From: Anaerolineales bacterium
GTDB taxonomy: Bacteria > Chloroflexota > Anaerolineae > Anaerolineales > UBA11858
Direction of reading: 5' to 3'
Assembly (NCBI GenBank): GCA_024763275.1
Contig: JANTFT010000004.1
Location: 25,774 to 89,773, forward strand
Length of the DNA stretch: 64,000 bases
Shown here: piece by piece, positions 37,991 through 47,130 of the stretch
Position numbering within the stretch: position 1 is the stretch's first letter
Layout of the letters: every line of letters begins with the position of its first letter
Notes under the pieces: model-generated
Database searches by the model: none
Told to the model about the DNA's origin: nothing
Seen by the model: only the letters and a program-made list of their open reading frames with translations
Translations under genes and position numbers: made by a program

Positions 37991-38427
37991 CCCTCTCCTT
38001 CCTGATGCAGCAACAGATTCCCTTCAGGTGTCAGCTCTACTTTCATCCGGGGCAGATCCGCGGAGGCCGGGCCTCCGGTGACCTTTCCCTCGGCTGAGAA
38101 GCTCGAGCCGTGGCAGGGACAGGAAAAACCTGTCCCGTTTTCTTCCAGGACGCAGCCCAGATGAGTGCAGACCAGGCTGTAGGCTCGATATCCCTCCCCT
38201 GTCCAGTAGATGACAGCCGGGATGTCCAGCCTGATGAGCTTTCCGTCGGGGGGGAATTCCCCGGCGGGTCCCAGATCATAGGTCCTTGTCTGGCTGGACC
38301 CTGGCGAATGGCTGAAGTAGCGGATCAGGCCAGCCAGCCCCAGCCCACCTGCCAGACCCAGGGAGACGCGGGTGAGCAGGCGTAGGAATGTCTGGCGGGA
38401 GAATTTGCGATTATGAATATCCATCAT
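37987..38427 (-). CDS. Rieske [2Fe-2S] protein
   Basis: CTHLGC and CPCHGS boxes. The start at 38427 forms an ATGA overlap with the cytochrome b stop. The N-terminus FSRQTFLRLL plus a hydrophobic stretch resembles a Tat signal/anchor. Confidence 0.85.
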   Translation of the reverse strand: MMDIHNRKFSRQTFLRLLTRVSLGLAGGLGLAGLIRYFSHSPGSSQTRTYDLGPAGEFPPDGKLIRLDIPAVIYWTGEGYRAYSLVCTHLGCVLEENGTGFSCPCHGSSFSAEGKVTGGPASADLPRMKVELTPEGNLLLHQEGEG

Positions 38428-40127
38428 GATAACCATCCCAGCAGGGTCAGCAGGAAAATCAGGGCGATTATTACCAGACCTATCAGCTGGCCAAGACGGT
38501 TTCCTTCTGGCAGCCAGATCCCCCACTCTTCCGGCGCCGCGTTGGGGAGGGCGAAGGGCAGCAGCCCCAGCAGGATCACCGCCAGCAGAGGGAGTCCAAC
38601 ACCCCACAGGAAAGGATCCCCGATCTTTAAGGTTTCCTGGATCCACAGGAAGAACCAGGGAGCACCGCTGTCCCCGGTCGGGTTGGCGCCGCTGATAAGG
38701 GGTTTGGCGAGGGGAGCGGGTGCCAGGGCGGACAGCAGCAGGAGGGCGCCGCTGGCGAGCAGCAGGGCCAGGACTTCCTGGCGGATCAAGGCGGAGCGGG
38801 GAATTCGCTCCCGGGATTCCCGGTGGGCAGGGGGCGGTGCGCTGATTCCCCCGTCCCGCCGGACCCTGAAGATATGCCAGATCGCCACTGCGGAAAAGAT
38901 CACTGTCAAACCGTAGATATGCCAGCTGTAAAAACGGATCAGCGAGGCTGCCCCGGGTCTGGCCCCACCAATCACGAAGCGGTAGAGTGAATCCCCCACC
39001 AGGGGGATGGTTTTCAGCAGGTTGGTGCCCACCACCAGGGCCCAGCGGATGCCTTCGTCCCAGCGCAGCAGGTAACCCGTGAAATCAAGCAGCAGAGCCA
39101 ACACCAGCAGGCTTAACCCCAGCAGGTAGTTGAAGCGCCGGGGCGGGGCGTAAGCTCCGGTGAGGATCACCCGCACCAGGTGGACCATCAGGGTGACCAC
39201 CAGCAGCTGGGCGGACCAGAAATGGATGCTGCGAACCAAATCCCCATTAGGAACAAGAGTGTTGATGGTCTGGATGGTGGCAGCGGCGTCTGGAGGGGAG
39301 GGCTGGTAATAGTAGCTTACCAATACTCCGGTGATCAGCAGGACCAGGCTGAAAAAGACCGCCAGGCCACCAGCGGCGAGGGTGTAGCTGAAGCGGGCCT
39401 GGTCAGCCGGGATGGTAGCAGGATGGAGGTGAAGATAAAAATTTCCCCTGTGGGGAGAGGATGCTCCTGAGAGGGAAAGGCGCCGGTATCCCGCGGCTCC
39501 CGCAAATAGCAGCAGGCTGGTGACCAGGGCCCAGGGCAGGGGTTTTTCCGGCAGGCTGGTCTTCTGGTGAACAGGGATGGCGGCGCTGTTGGTCGTTCCC
39601 AGCACGAACCCGGGGTTGCCGGCGTGGTTGAGATCCAGCAGATAGGCAGTCAGCTCCCAGGCCTGATCCTCAGACAGTGACCCGGTGGGGAAGAGCGGCA
39701 TTTTTTCGTAAATATAAGTCCCCAGTTCAAGTGCTGTGGAGAACCGGGGCAGGGCCCCTGGCCCGGCCAGAGCGGGCGCGCCGGCCGTGGGAATGACGAA
39801 ACCCTTCGGCGGGGCGTCTTCCCCGTGGCAGCCGGCCTGCCAGCAGTCCCGGTAGGCCGGCGCGAACGCTGACCGCCAGTCGGCGGTCAGGCCCTGCCCC
39901 TGGTCCCCGTGGCAGTCCTGGCACATCCCCCAATAGGCCTGGGCCCCGCTGTCTCCCTGGGAAGGCGGGTAGACAGTTGGGGGCGGGCCGGGGCGCTGGT
40001 AATGTGGTGCTGCTTGTAGGGGGGGATTTTCAGGGGAAGAGGCAGCTGCGGGTCCGGCGTAAAGCAGGACGCCTGCCAGGAACAGCACCCCCAAAATGAG
40101 TATAATTATCCGTAACCATGCGGGCAT
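38424..40127 (-). CDS. cytochrome b (b6 + subunit IV-like, fused) with N-terminal c-type haem domain
   Basis: CQDCH haem c site. Helix B H-x13-H (HFWSAQLLVVTLMVH) and helix D H-x14-H (HIYGLTVIFSAVAIWH). I placed the start at the ATG at 40127 (MPAWLR...). Confidence 0.85.
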   Translation of the reverse strand: MPAWLRIIILILGVLFLAGVLLYAGPAAASSPENPPLQAAPHYQRPGPPPTVYPPSQGDSGAQAYWGMCQDCHGDQGQGLTADWRSAFAPAYRDCWQAGCHGEDAPPKGFVIPTAGAPALAGPGALPRFSTALELGTYIYEKMPLFPTGSLSEDQAWELTAYLLDLNHAGNPGFVLGTTNSAAIPVHQKTSLPEKPLPWALVTSLLLFAGAAGYRRLSLSGASSPHRGNFYLHLHPATIPADQARFSYTLAAGGLAVFFSLVLLITGVLVSYYYQPSPPDAAATIQTINTLVPNGDLVRSIHFWSAQLLVVTLMVHLVRVILTGAYAPPRRFNYLLGLSLLVLALLLDFTGYLLRWDEGIRWALVVGTNLLKTIPLVGDSLYRFVIGGARPGAASLIRFYSWHIYGLTVIFSAVAIWHIFRVRRDGGISAPPPAHRESRERIPRSALIRQEVLALLLASGALLLLSALAPAPLAKPLISGANPTGDSGAPWFFLWIQETLKIGDPFLWGVGLPLLAVILLGLLPFALPNAAPEEWGIWLPEGNRLGQLIGLVIIALIFLLTLLGWLS

Positions 40128-40217
40128 GGTGGACCTTTTCTGAATGGCTTTCTGTGGATTATACAACAGCTTGCTGGCAATCATTCTGGGAGGCACTGAA
40201 TGGAAGGAGGGCTGTAA

Positions 40218-40856
40218 ATGACCATCTACCTATTGACGGGAGGCATTCTCCTATCAGGGATCCTGGCTGTCTGGTTTTCCTACCGCCAGCCCCACCCCGG
40301 CTTTTACATCTTGAAACCGCTGACCACCATCCTGATCCTCCTGATTCCCATCCTTGGACGGGGTGAGATTTCCCTCTACGGAAAATTCATCCTGGCCGGG
40401 CTGGGATTTTCCCTGCTGGGGGATATATTCCTGATGCTGCCGGGCGATCGCTTCCTGGCGGGCCTGGGCGCGTTCCTTATCGCCCACCTGGTGTATATCA
40501 TCGCCTTCACGGCTGGGCAGAGGGAGTTTTTCTGGATCCCTGCCCTGCCGATCCTGGGGTTGGCCGGCGGAACGGTTTTGCTGCTTTATCGGTATTTGGG
40601 GAAGATGAGAATACCGGTCTACCTTTATGTAGCTGTGATATCCGGCATGGCCTGGATGGCCTGGTCGCGCTGGATGGGAGAACCCAGGCTGGAAAGCCTG
40701 CTGGCGGCCTGGGGGGGTGTGCTGTTCATGATATCGGATCTGATCCTGGCCCTGGATCGCTTTAAAGGCAAGTTCAAATCAGCCCGGACTTTGAATCTGC
40801 TGACCTATTACGCGGCCCAGTGGCTGATCGCCATCTCGGTCCTGGGTTTTAACTGA
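40218..40856 (+). CDS. YhhN-family (lysoplasmalogenase-like) membrane protein
   Basis: 212 aa, multi-TM, with the LKPLTT motif near TM2 typical of YhhN/TMEM86. Confidence 0.75.
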   Translation: MTIYLLTGGILLSGILAVWFSYRQPHPGFYILKPLTTILILLIPILGRGEISLYGKFILAGLGFSLLGDIFLMLPGDRFLAGLGAFLIAHLVYIIAFTAGQREFFWIPALPILGLAGGTVLLLYRYLGKMRIPVYLYVAVISGMAWMAWSRWMGEPRLESLLAAWGGVLFMISDLILALDRFKGKFKSARTLNLLTYYAAQWLIAISVLGFN

Positions 40857-40895
40857 AGAGTGCCTTGGTGATTGGAGCTGAAGGGCACTGGGAAT

Positions 40896-41090
40896 CTAGT
40901 CGTGATCTACTGGAGTGAGGTTCTCCGCGCCAGGCAGCTGGCCGGTCAATTTTCCGGGCTCGTGGATCAGGAGGGGGAAATGTTCAGTGCAGATCCAGTA
41001 ATCTTCGCCTCGATAGCGAATCCTGGCCAGGGGAACCTGGCTGTCATTGCGTCCGCAGTGCAGACATTGCGGGGAGGGGGTTTTGGTCAT
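40896..41090 (-). CDS. hypothetical small zinc-ribbon-like protein
   Basis: 64 aa with CLHCG ... ICTEH. Last gene of the ECF sigma / anti-sigma transcription unit. Confidence 0.45.
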   Translation of the reverse strand: MTKTPSPQCLHCGRNDSQVPLARIRYRGEDYWICTEHFPLLIHEPGKLTGQLPGAENLTPVDHD

Positions 41091-41132
41091 GGTTTCCTGG
41101 TCTGGGGGGATGGATAGAACGGTCGGGGTTCC

Positions 41133-41369
41133 TCATTTGGAAAGAGCTTTCAGGGCCTCCAGCAGGACCTCGTATTCCTCACGGCAGTCCTGGCAGCGGT
41201 CCAGATGCTCCTGAACCAGAGGCATGGCTTCGGAAGCCTTCTTACCGCTGATTTTCATCTCGATGAACCGGTCCAGTTCATCGTGGCATTGATCACAGGT
41301 CAATTCCTGGTCACGGGTAGATTTGACCGAATTGATCATTTTTCTGACAGTTGCAGTTGACAATTTCAT
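41133..41369 (-). CDS. soluble zinc-finger (zf-HC2/ZAS-type) anti-sigma factor
   Basis: 78 aa with H-x3-C-x2-C (HLDRCQDC) plus an additional CDQCH. No TM segment. Lies immediately downstream of the ECF sigma gene. Confidence 0.65.
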   Translation of the reverse strand: MKLSTATVRKMINSVKSTRDQELTCDQCHDELDRFIEMKISGKKASEAMPLVQEHLDRCQDCREEYEVLLEALKALSK

Positions 41370-41411
41370 GATTTTATCCTGTTTGTTTAGACGTGCCCTG
41401 GAGCCAGATCC

Positions 41412-42035
41412 TTACCCGTTTTCGAATACGGCCAGCACTTCATCTGTGCTGAAGCCTCTTTCAATCAGTCTGTTGCGCATTTGTTTGCGGGCATCGTGCA
41501 GCAGTTTGTAAAGAGCATTGCGGTTGGTGTCCATCCGCCGGGCGACTTCCTCCAGGGGCATCCCGCCGTGCATGATGGCCAGCAGGGCTGTGCGCTGACG
41601 TTCGGAGAGATCTTCCCGCATGATGTCCTCGATCATTTTCAGGAGGGATGCCTGAGTCGCCCGTTTTTCAGGATCCGGGCTGGGGTCTGACAGCGCCAGA
41701 GGGGTGAAGTCGCCGCTGTCCTCCGGTAACAAATCCTCTATGGAAATGTCTTTCCAGCGCTTGCGGCGCATTTCAGTAAAAGCGACCCGGACAGCCACTT
41801 TTTGGGCCCAGGTTGTGAAGTGGCTTTCTCCGCGGAATGAATCCAGCTTGTCCAGGATGCGCAGGATGGCATCCTGGACAAAATCCTCAACCTGGGCTTC
41901 AAGGTCATTGTTGATCCAGCTGGAGAGCGCGTAAAGCAAACCCTTCTTGAGGGTTCTTCTGAGGTCTTCAATGGCTTGCGCTTGATCTTGACCGCGCAGA
42001 TCATCCAGCCATTCCTGATTTGTTCGCTTGTCCAT
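41412..42035 (-). CDS. ECF-family RNA polymerase sigma factor
   Basis: 207 aa. Region 2 (FTTWAQKVAVRVAF) and region 4 HTH (LSERQRTALLAIMHGGMPLEEVARRM). Confidence 0.9.
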   Translation of the reverse strand: MDKRTNQEWLDDLRGQDQAQAIEDLRRTLKKGLLYALSSWINNDLEAQVEDFVQDAILRILDKLDSFRGESHFTTWAQKVAVRVAFTEMRRKRWKDISIEDLLPEDSGDFTPLALSDPSPDPEKRATQASLLKMIEDIMREDLSERQRTALLAIMHGGMPLEEVARRMDTNRNALYKLLHDARKQMRNRLIERGFSTDEVLAVFENG

Positions 42036-42116
42036 GCCTGCCTTCCTCGAGATTGAAGGTATTATAGCATGGAGCCAGGGTGGATGCTGGCTTCCCCCCA
42101 GGGTTCCCCTCCCTGG

Positions 42117-43001
42117 TCAGGGTTCTAGCCTGGTCTTGTTCAGTCCCCAATCATAGGGGTGGAAGACCAGTCGAACTCCTTGAAGCTGTTCCCTGGGAAG
42201 CCCTAGGTGCTCAGCCAAAAACTGCAGGACCCCTAGCCTGCCGCCGAAATCTCCCGCGTACCAGTTGAATATCTTTGAAACCGAAAGCACTTTGTGATCC
42301 TGATCCACAACAGTGTCGCCCTTGACAAAACTGCTAGCTGCCAGGTTCAGCTGCTGATTGATGTTCCCGGGAGTGTATACTCCGATCGGTGGACAGGAAT
42401 TGCTGGCGCAGTTCAGCGCGAAATGGATCCGGGGGTCAAGTGGTCTGATGACTGCTTCCTGACGGGGGTCCCCGGTTGAAAAATGCGGACTGGGAAAATA
42501 AGGGAAACCCAGATTGGCCCTGAGTACACCGTGTTCGATATCGGTCAGGCTGAACCTTTGGCCGTTGACCAGGTATGCGGCTCTCTGGAAGAAACCGACC
42601 ACTCCCAAACGGGTCTCCGTAACGCTGTTTCGCACCCCCTGCTGGATAACAGCATCAATGACCAGCGCATTGTATAGATTGATCCAGAATGCCAGCTGTT
42701 CTGCAAGAGATGGCAGTTCCCGGTAGTCAAAGCTGTTCAGCAGCAGGGTAAGGGACCGGTAGTGCTGATATTCCATACTGCCGGCCAGCTTGGAATAATT
42801 CACTGACCTGCCGTCTCTGGAGATTGCCTTCCCTTTCAGCTGGTTGAGGGCCCTTTTTAGATCTTCACCGATTGAACCTGGACCTTGAATCCCGGTTGGC
42901 CGGGATTCAAGGTGATTCAAGGCAGGGGAAGTTCTGCGGTAAAAAACCCGCTTAAGGATCCTGTCGCGGCCCTTGATATACAGATCGGATATTCTAATCA
43001 T
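42117..43001 (-). CDS. DUF547-domain protein
   Basis: 294 aa with AFWINLYNALVI and IHFALNCASNSCPP motifs typical of DUF547. Confidence 0.75.
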   Translation of the reverse strand: MIRISDLYIKGRDRILKRVFYRRTSPALNHLESRPTGIQGPGSIGEDLKRALNQLKGKAISRDGRSVNYSKLAGSMEYQHYRSLTLLLNSFDYRELPSLAEQLAFWINLYNALVIDAVIQQGVRNSVTETRLGVVGFFQRAAYLVNGQRFSLTDIEHGVLRANLGFPYFPSPHFSTGDPRQEAVIRPLDPRIHFALNCASNSCPPIGVYTPGNINQQLNLAASSFVKGDTVVDQDHKVLSVSKIFNWYAGDFGGRLGVLQFLAEHLGLPREQLQGVRLVFHPYDWGLNKTRLEP

Positions 43002-43004
43002 GGC

Positions 43005-44249
43005 CTATTGGGTCAGGCTTCCCTCAGGCACAAAGGCTGCCCAGGCGAACCAGAAAGTATCGTGGTGGGGCAGCGGGGTAAGCTCACCGCCAGCCAGAGG
43101 GCCATCCAGGGCCCGGCCCAGGATATCCCAGGTGGACCCGGTTTCCTGGTCCCTGAAGGTGCCGTCACCAATAGCGCTGAAGTGCAGCTCCTGATCAGCG
43201 TAGGTCCGTAAGAACACGGTGGTTGTACCGATGTCCCTGCCGTTGGCGATTGAGCTGCTGTCCAGAGCTGAGGCGGTTCCCGGCTTCCAGAAGATCACGA
43301 TAGGAGTATCCCCGATGGTCTCATTGAGGACCTGGCTTTCCTCGATCAGCTCCCGCAGATAGGCTCCTCCCTGGCCATTCTCGAGGGTGATGCCCACTAC
43401 CCTGGCCATGGGGGGAAGCTCCCCGTCCAGATTTCCTGAAAAGGCAAAGGGCAAGTTGTTGACATTGTCGTATCCCGCGTAGGGATTCCTGCCGTAGCTG
43501 CGCCTGAAGCCGGTTTCAATGGATAGAACCTGGCCGTCAGGATACTCGTTTTTGAAATCAGCCCAGGAGATGATTGCGGTTGGAAGGGGTTCCAGGCGGG
43601 TGCCAGTCAGATCGCCGACAATGGCTTCTCCGGTGAACTGCTGCCACCAGGATTCGGTCTGACGGTCCCACATCACCAGGTCGCTGTAGCGCAGGTTGCC
43701 GCTGGTGCCGAAGGTAAGGGTTTCCCCGGCGATGGAGGGTCTGCGGAACACCAGGGCGGTGTTGCACAGCGGGCAGAAGGTGACCGCTACAGGATCGCCC
43801 CCGATCGTGTCATTGACTATTTCATGCCAGGTCATGATCTGCAGGGGATAGGCCCGGGCTTCACCATTGTGAATGAGGGCGATCACCGGTTCCAGATCCT
43901 CTATCCAGCTGTCCGCCGAGGCGATGCTTTCGTAGCGGGGGTTATCGATGGGTGGGATCCCGTCCCGGGGAGGGCCGCCCGAAAAGATCTCATCATAAGG
44001 GATGCTGTGCTTGCAGAAATTGGTTTCCCAGCCTTCAGTGCGAAAAGCCGGGGTTGTTCTGCCAAAAGGATCCTCGCAGATAGCTTCCTCCTCTGTAGTT
44101 GCCGCGAGGGGAAGCGGAGTGTCGGGGTCCCGGGGCTGCTGGGTGGTCTCCGAATCCGGCTGGCTGACAGTATTTGTACCTGCGGCGCAGGCAGACAGCA
44201 GCAGCGCCAGCGTGGGAAGAATTACCCAAAGGAATTTTATTTGTCTCAT
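43005..44249 (-). CDS. DUF3179-domain lipoprotein
   Basis: 414 aa. Lipobox LLSAC, DGIPPIDNP motif and CPLC. Confidence 0.8.
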   Translation of the reverse strand: MRQIKFLWVILPTLALLLSACAAGTNTVSQPDSETTQQPRDPDTPLPLAATTEEEAICEDPFGRTTPAFRTEGWETNFCKHSIPYDEIFSGGPPRDGIPPIDNPRYESIASADSWIEDLEPVIALIHNGEARAYPLQIMTWHEIVNDTIGGDPVAVTFCPLCNTALVFRRPSIAGETLTFGTSGNLRYSDLVMWDRQTESWWQQFTGEAIVGDLTGTRLEPLPTAIISWADFKNEYPDGQVLSIETGFRRSYGRNPYAGYDNVNNLPFAFSGNLDGELPPMARVVGITLENGQGGAYLRELIEESQVLNETIGDTPIVIFWKPGTASALDSSSIANGRDIGTTTVFLRTYADQELHFSAIGDGTFRDQETGSTWDILGRALDGPLAGGELTPLPHHDTFWFAWAAFVPEGSLTQ

Positions 44250-44449
44250 CAGAAACTCCTCTCTGGTAGGCTGGATGGGTTTCCCCGCAGGAGAGCCGGG
44301 TTACATCTTGATGGGCCAAAGGAGATAAAGCTTACTTGAAGTGGATAATTTTAGAGTAAAGATCCCATCTGGCAGCCACTTCCCGGGTAAGAGATTGACA
44401 GGCTGGCTTATCGGAAAGGCGGTAATACTTTGCGATCATGGGAGGATCA

Positions 44450-45694
44450 ATGGCAGTAATTCCTGAAATCACCGTCTACGGGGCCTACTGGTGCCCGGAC
44501 TGCAGCCGCAGCAAACAATTTTTAGGTGAACATCAGATTCCTTACAACTGGGTAGATATCGAGGCCGATCCAGAGGGAGAGGGTTATGTGGTTTCTAAAA
44601 ATGGGGGCAAGAGAATTATCCCGACAATTGAGTTCCCGGATGGGTCCATCCTGGTGGAACCCAGCAACGCTGAACTGGCCCAAAAACTGGGGTTGAAAAC
44701 AGTTGCTGAAAAAAGCCATTATGATCTGATCGTGCTGGGTGGAGGGCCGGCGGGGCTGACCGCGGCGCTGTATACAGCCAGGGAAGGGGTAGACACCCTG
44801 GTAATTGAGCGGGCCGCACTGGGCGGCCAGGCGGCCACGACCCAGTGGCTGGATAATGTCCCTGGATTTTCAGAGGGCATTTCCGGGGCCGACTTTTCCG
44901 GCCAGCTTCAGAAGCAGATTGAGCGCTTTGGGGCCGAACTGCTCCAGGCGCAGGATGTGGTCGGGATTCACAGCCACAGCAATTATCACTGCGTGACCAC
45001 AGCCGACGGCAGCGAATACAGCGCCCGGGCCCTGTTGATCGCCACCGGCAGCCGCTACCGTTTGTTGAATGTGCCTGGCGAAGATGATTTCCTGGGGGCG
45101 GGGATCCATTTTTGCGCCACCTGTGACGGTGTGTTCTACAAGGGGCAGGCGGTCGCTGTGGTTGGCGGTGGCAACAGCGCCACTGAGGAAAGCCTTTTCC
45201 TGACTCGATTCGTTGATCAGGTGACCCTGTTAGTGCGTGAACCTGAGCTGATAGCCAGCCAGATCCTCCAGGATAAGGTCCTCTCCCATCCTCAGATAGA
45301 GGTCCTCTTCAACACGGAAATAGAGAGATTTAACGGCCCGGGAGGGAAGTTGGAGTCAGTCCTCATCAAGAACAATCAAACTGGCGCGGTCAAGGAGATC
45401 ACTCCGGCCGGAGTGTTCATTTTTATCGGCCAGATGCCCAACACTTCCTTCCTGGCCGATTCTGGCGTCCTGCTGGACCGTTGGAAATTCATCGTCACCG
45501 GACACGACCTGGTGCATGACCGGGATGACCTGCCCGGGTTTGAAACACGAGAGCCAGCTGTCCTGGAAACCAGCGTCCCGGGGATTTTTAGCGCCGGCGA
45601 TGTGCGGGCAGGCAGCACAAAACAGGTGGCTTCCGCGGCAGGAGAAGGAGCTACCGCCGCGCTGCTGATCCGGGAATACCTGAAGAGCGTTTAG
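44450..45694 (+). CDS. glutaredoxin-like domain fused to thioredoxin-disulfide reductase
   Basis: N-terminal YGAYWCPDC thioredoxin-fold domain, followed by LGGGPAGLTAA FAD motif, CATCDG redox centre and GGGNSA NADPH motif. The ATG at 44450 follows GGGAGGA. Confidence 0.85.
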   Translation: MAVIPEITVYGAYWCPDCSRSKQFLGEHQIPYNWVDIEADPEGEGYVVSKNGGKRIIPTIEFPDGSILVEPSNAELAQKLGLKTVAEKSHYDLIVLGGGPAGLTAALYTAREGVDTLVIERAALGGQAATTQWLDNVPGFSEGISGADFSGQLQKQIERFGAELLQAQDVVGIHSHSNYHCVTTADGSEYSARALLIATGSRYRLLNVPGEDDFLGAGIHFCATCDGVFYKGQAVAVVGGGNSATEESLFLTRFVDQVTLLVREPELIASQILQDKVLSHPQIEVLFNTEIERFNGPGGKLESVLIKNNQTGAVKEITPAGVFIFIGQMPNTSFLADSGVLLDRWKFIVTGHDLVHDRDDLPGFETREPAVLETSVPGIFSAGDVRAGSTKQVASAAGEGATAALLIREYLKSV

Positions 45695-45786
45695 GGTATA
45701 ATTTTATCCCCGGATATTTTCTGGCACGAATAATACACTGGAAGATCACCGGTCGGTGGCACAGATATTGCCCTGTATTGGTTGTT

Positions 45787-46188
45787 ATGCTAAACGAAAA
45801 AGTCCTCAACTGGATTGAAGGTTATATACTCACCCGGGTGCTGATCTTTGGCGATTTTATCGGCACGGTCAAGCGGGAGCAGCTGCTGTTTGACTTCGAC
45901 ACCACGAGCGAGTACTTCCGTAAATTCGAAGGGCAGAGGATCCAGGCGCTCTCTCTGCCAGTGAAAAGTAGGAGGCTGAGCACCTTGCTGGGGGAAATTG
46001 AGGCCTGCTTTCAGCGAGGCTGGCCGCTGTTGGATGCCGGCGAATGGACGCAGGCTGATTTTGAAGAGGTCTTTGCGTTGAGCCAGGAAATCAGCGCCGA
46101 GATCCAGCTCTTGAGGGAGGAATATCAAGCTGCAGTCCAAAAGACAGATCACCAACTCGAATTGTCTGACAGCCAGGGTTCTCTCTGA
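45787..46188 (+). CDS. hypothetical protein
   Basis: 133-aa ORF from the first ATG. No recognised domain. Confidence 0.4.
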   Translation: MLNEKVLNWIEGYILTRVLIFGDFIGTVKREQLLFDFDTTSEYFRKFEGQRIQALSLPVKSRRLSTLLGEIEACFQRGWPLLDAGEWTQADFEEVFALSQEISAEIQLLREEYQAAVQKTDHQLELSDSQGSL

Positions 46189-46242
46189 GAAACCCACCCC
46201 AGGCCCTCCTTTATGTTACTATTCATTCTTAGAGGAGAGCTG

Positions 46243-47106
46243 ATGGTCCAACCAGAACACTTACTCACGATCGGGAATAAACTGGGGGAGGGTCCGCTCT
46301 GGCATCCAGAGCAGGGGCTGCTTTACTGGGTGGACATTGAAGGTGAGTGTTTTCAGCGCTTTTCCCTGGAAATCGGCACCCTGGAAACGATTCCTGTCGG
46401 GCAGCCTGTCGGCTGCCTGGCTTTTCGTAAATCAGGGGGATTGGTACTGGCTCTCCGGGACGGCCTGGCATTCTGGGACCCGGAAAGCAAGACTATGGAG
46501 ATCATTCAAGATCCTGAAGCGGACCGCGAAAACAGCCGCTTCAATGATGGGCGGGTGGACGTTAAAGGCCGCTTCTGGGCTGGCACACTGGGGGATGATC
46601 AGGGCAGCTCGCTTTACCGGCTGGATCCCGATGGCTCGATCCAGATAATGGAGTCCAGGATCGGTATATCCAATGGCCTTGGTTGGAGCCCGGACAATTC
46701 AGTGATGTATTTTACCGATTCTCCGACCGGCACGATCTACCAGTATGATTTTGATCCGGAATACGGATCGATCTCCAACCCGCGGGTATTTGTCCAGGTT
46801 CCCCCTGAAGATGGTTTCCCTGATGGTCTGGCTGTCGACAGCCAGGGATTTGTCTGGAGCGCCCATTGGGATGGCTGGCGGATCAGCCGCTATGACCCCG
46901 ATGGGGCCATCGAGCGGATGGTCTACCTGCCTGTCCAGCGGCCAACCAGCTGCGCTTTTGGAGGTCCGGACCTGGATCAGCTTTTCATAACCTCGGCCTG
47001 GACAGGGTTGAGCCCGGCTGAGCGCCAGGAGCAGCCGCTGGCAGGGGATCTATTCCTGCTCCCGGTCGATGTGGAAGGGCAGAAGGAGCATTTTTTCGCC
47101 GGCTAG
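46243..47106 (+). CDS. SMP-30/gluconolactonase/LRE-family protein
   Basis: LGEGPLWHP, NDGRVD and DGLAVD beta-propeller motifs. The ATG at 46243 follows AGAGGAG. Confidence 0.85.
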   Translation: MVQPEHLLTIGNKLGEGPLWHPEQGLLYWVDIEGECFQRFSLEIGTLETIPVGQPVGCLAFRKSGGLVLALRDGLAFWDPESKTMEIIQDPEADRENSRFNDGRVDVKGRFWAGTLGDDQGSSLYRLDPDGSIQIMESRIGISNGLGWSPDNSVMYFTDSPTGTIYQYDFDPEYGSISNPRVFVQVPPEDGFPDGLAVDSQGFVWSAHWDGWRISRYDPDGAIERMVYLPVQRPTSCAFGGPDLDQLFITSAWTGLSPAERQEQPLAGDLFLLPVDVEGQKEHFFAG

Positions 47107-47130
47107 TTCAACTTGTCACGGGATGTCATT

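Noticed and set aside
38428-38646. N-terminal 73-aa extension of the Rieske ORF (start at 38646)
   Set aside because: The extension overlaps the 3' end of cytochrome b and is Pro/Gly/Arg-rich. The ATG at 38427 gives the classic ATGA coupling and a normal Rieske signal/anchor.
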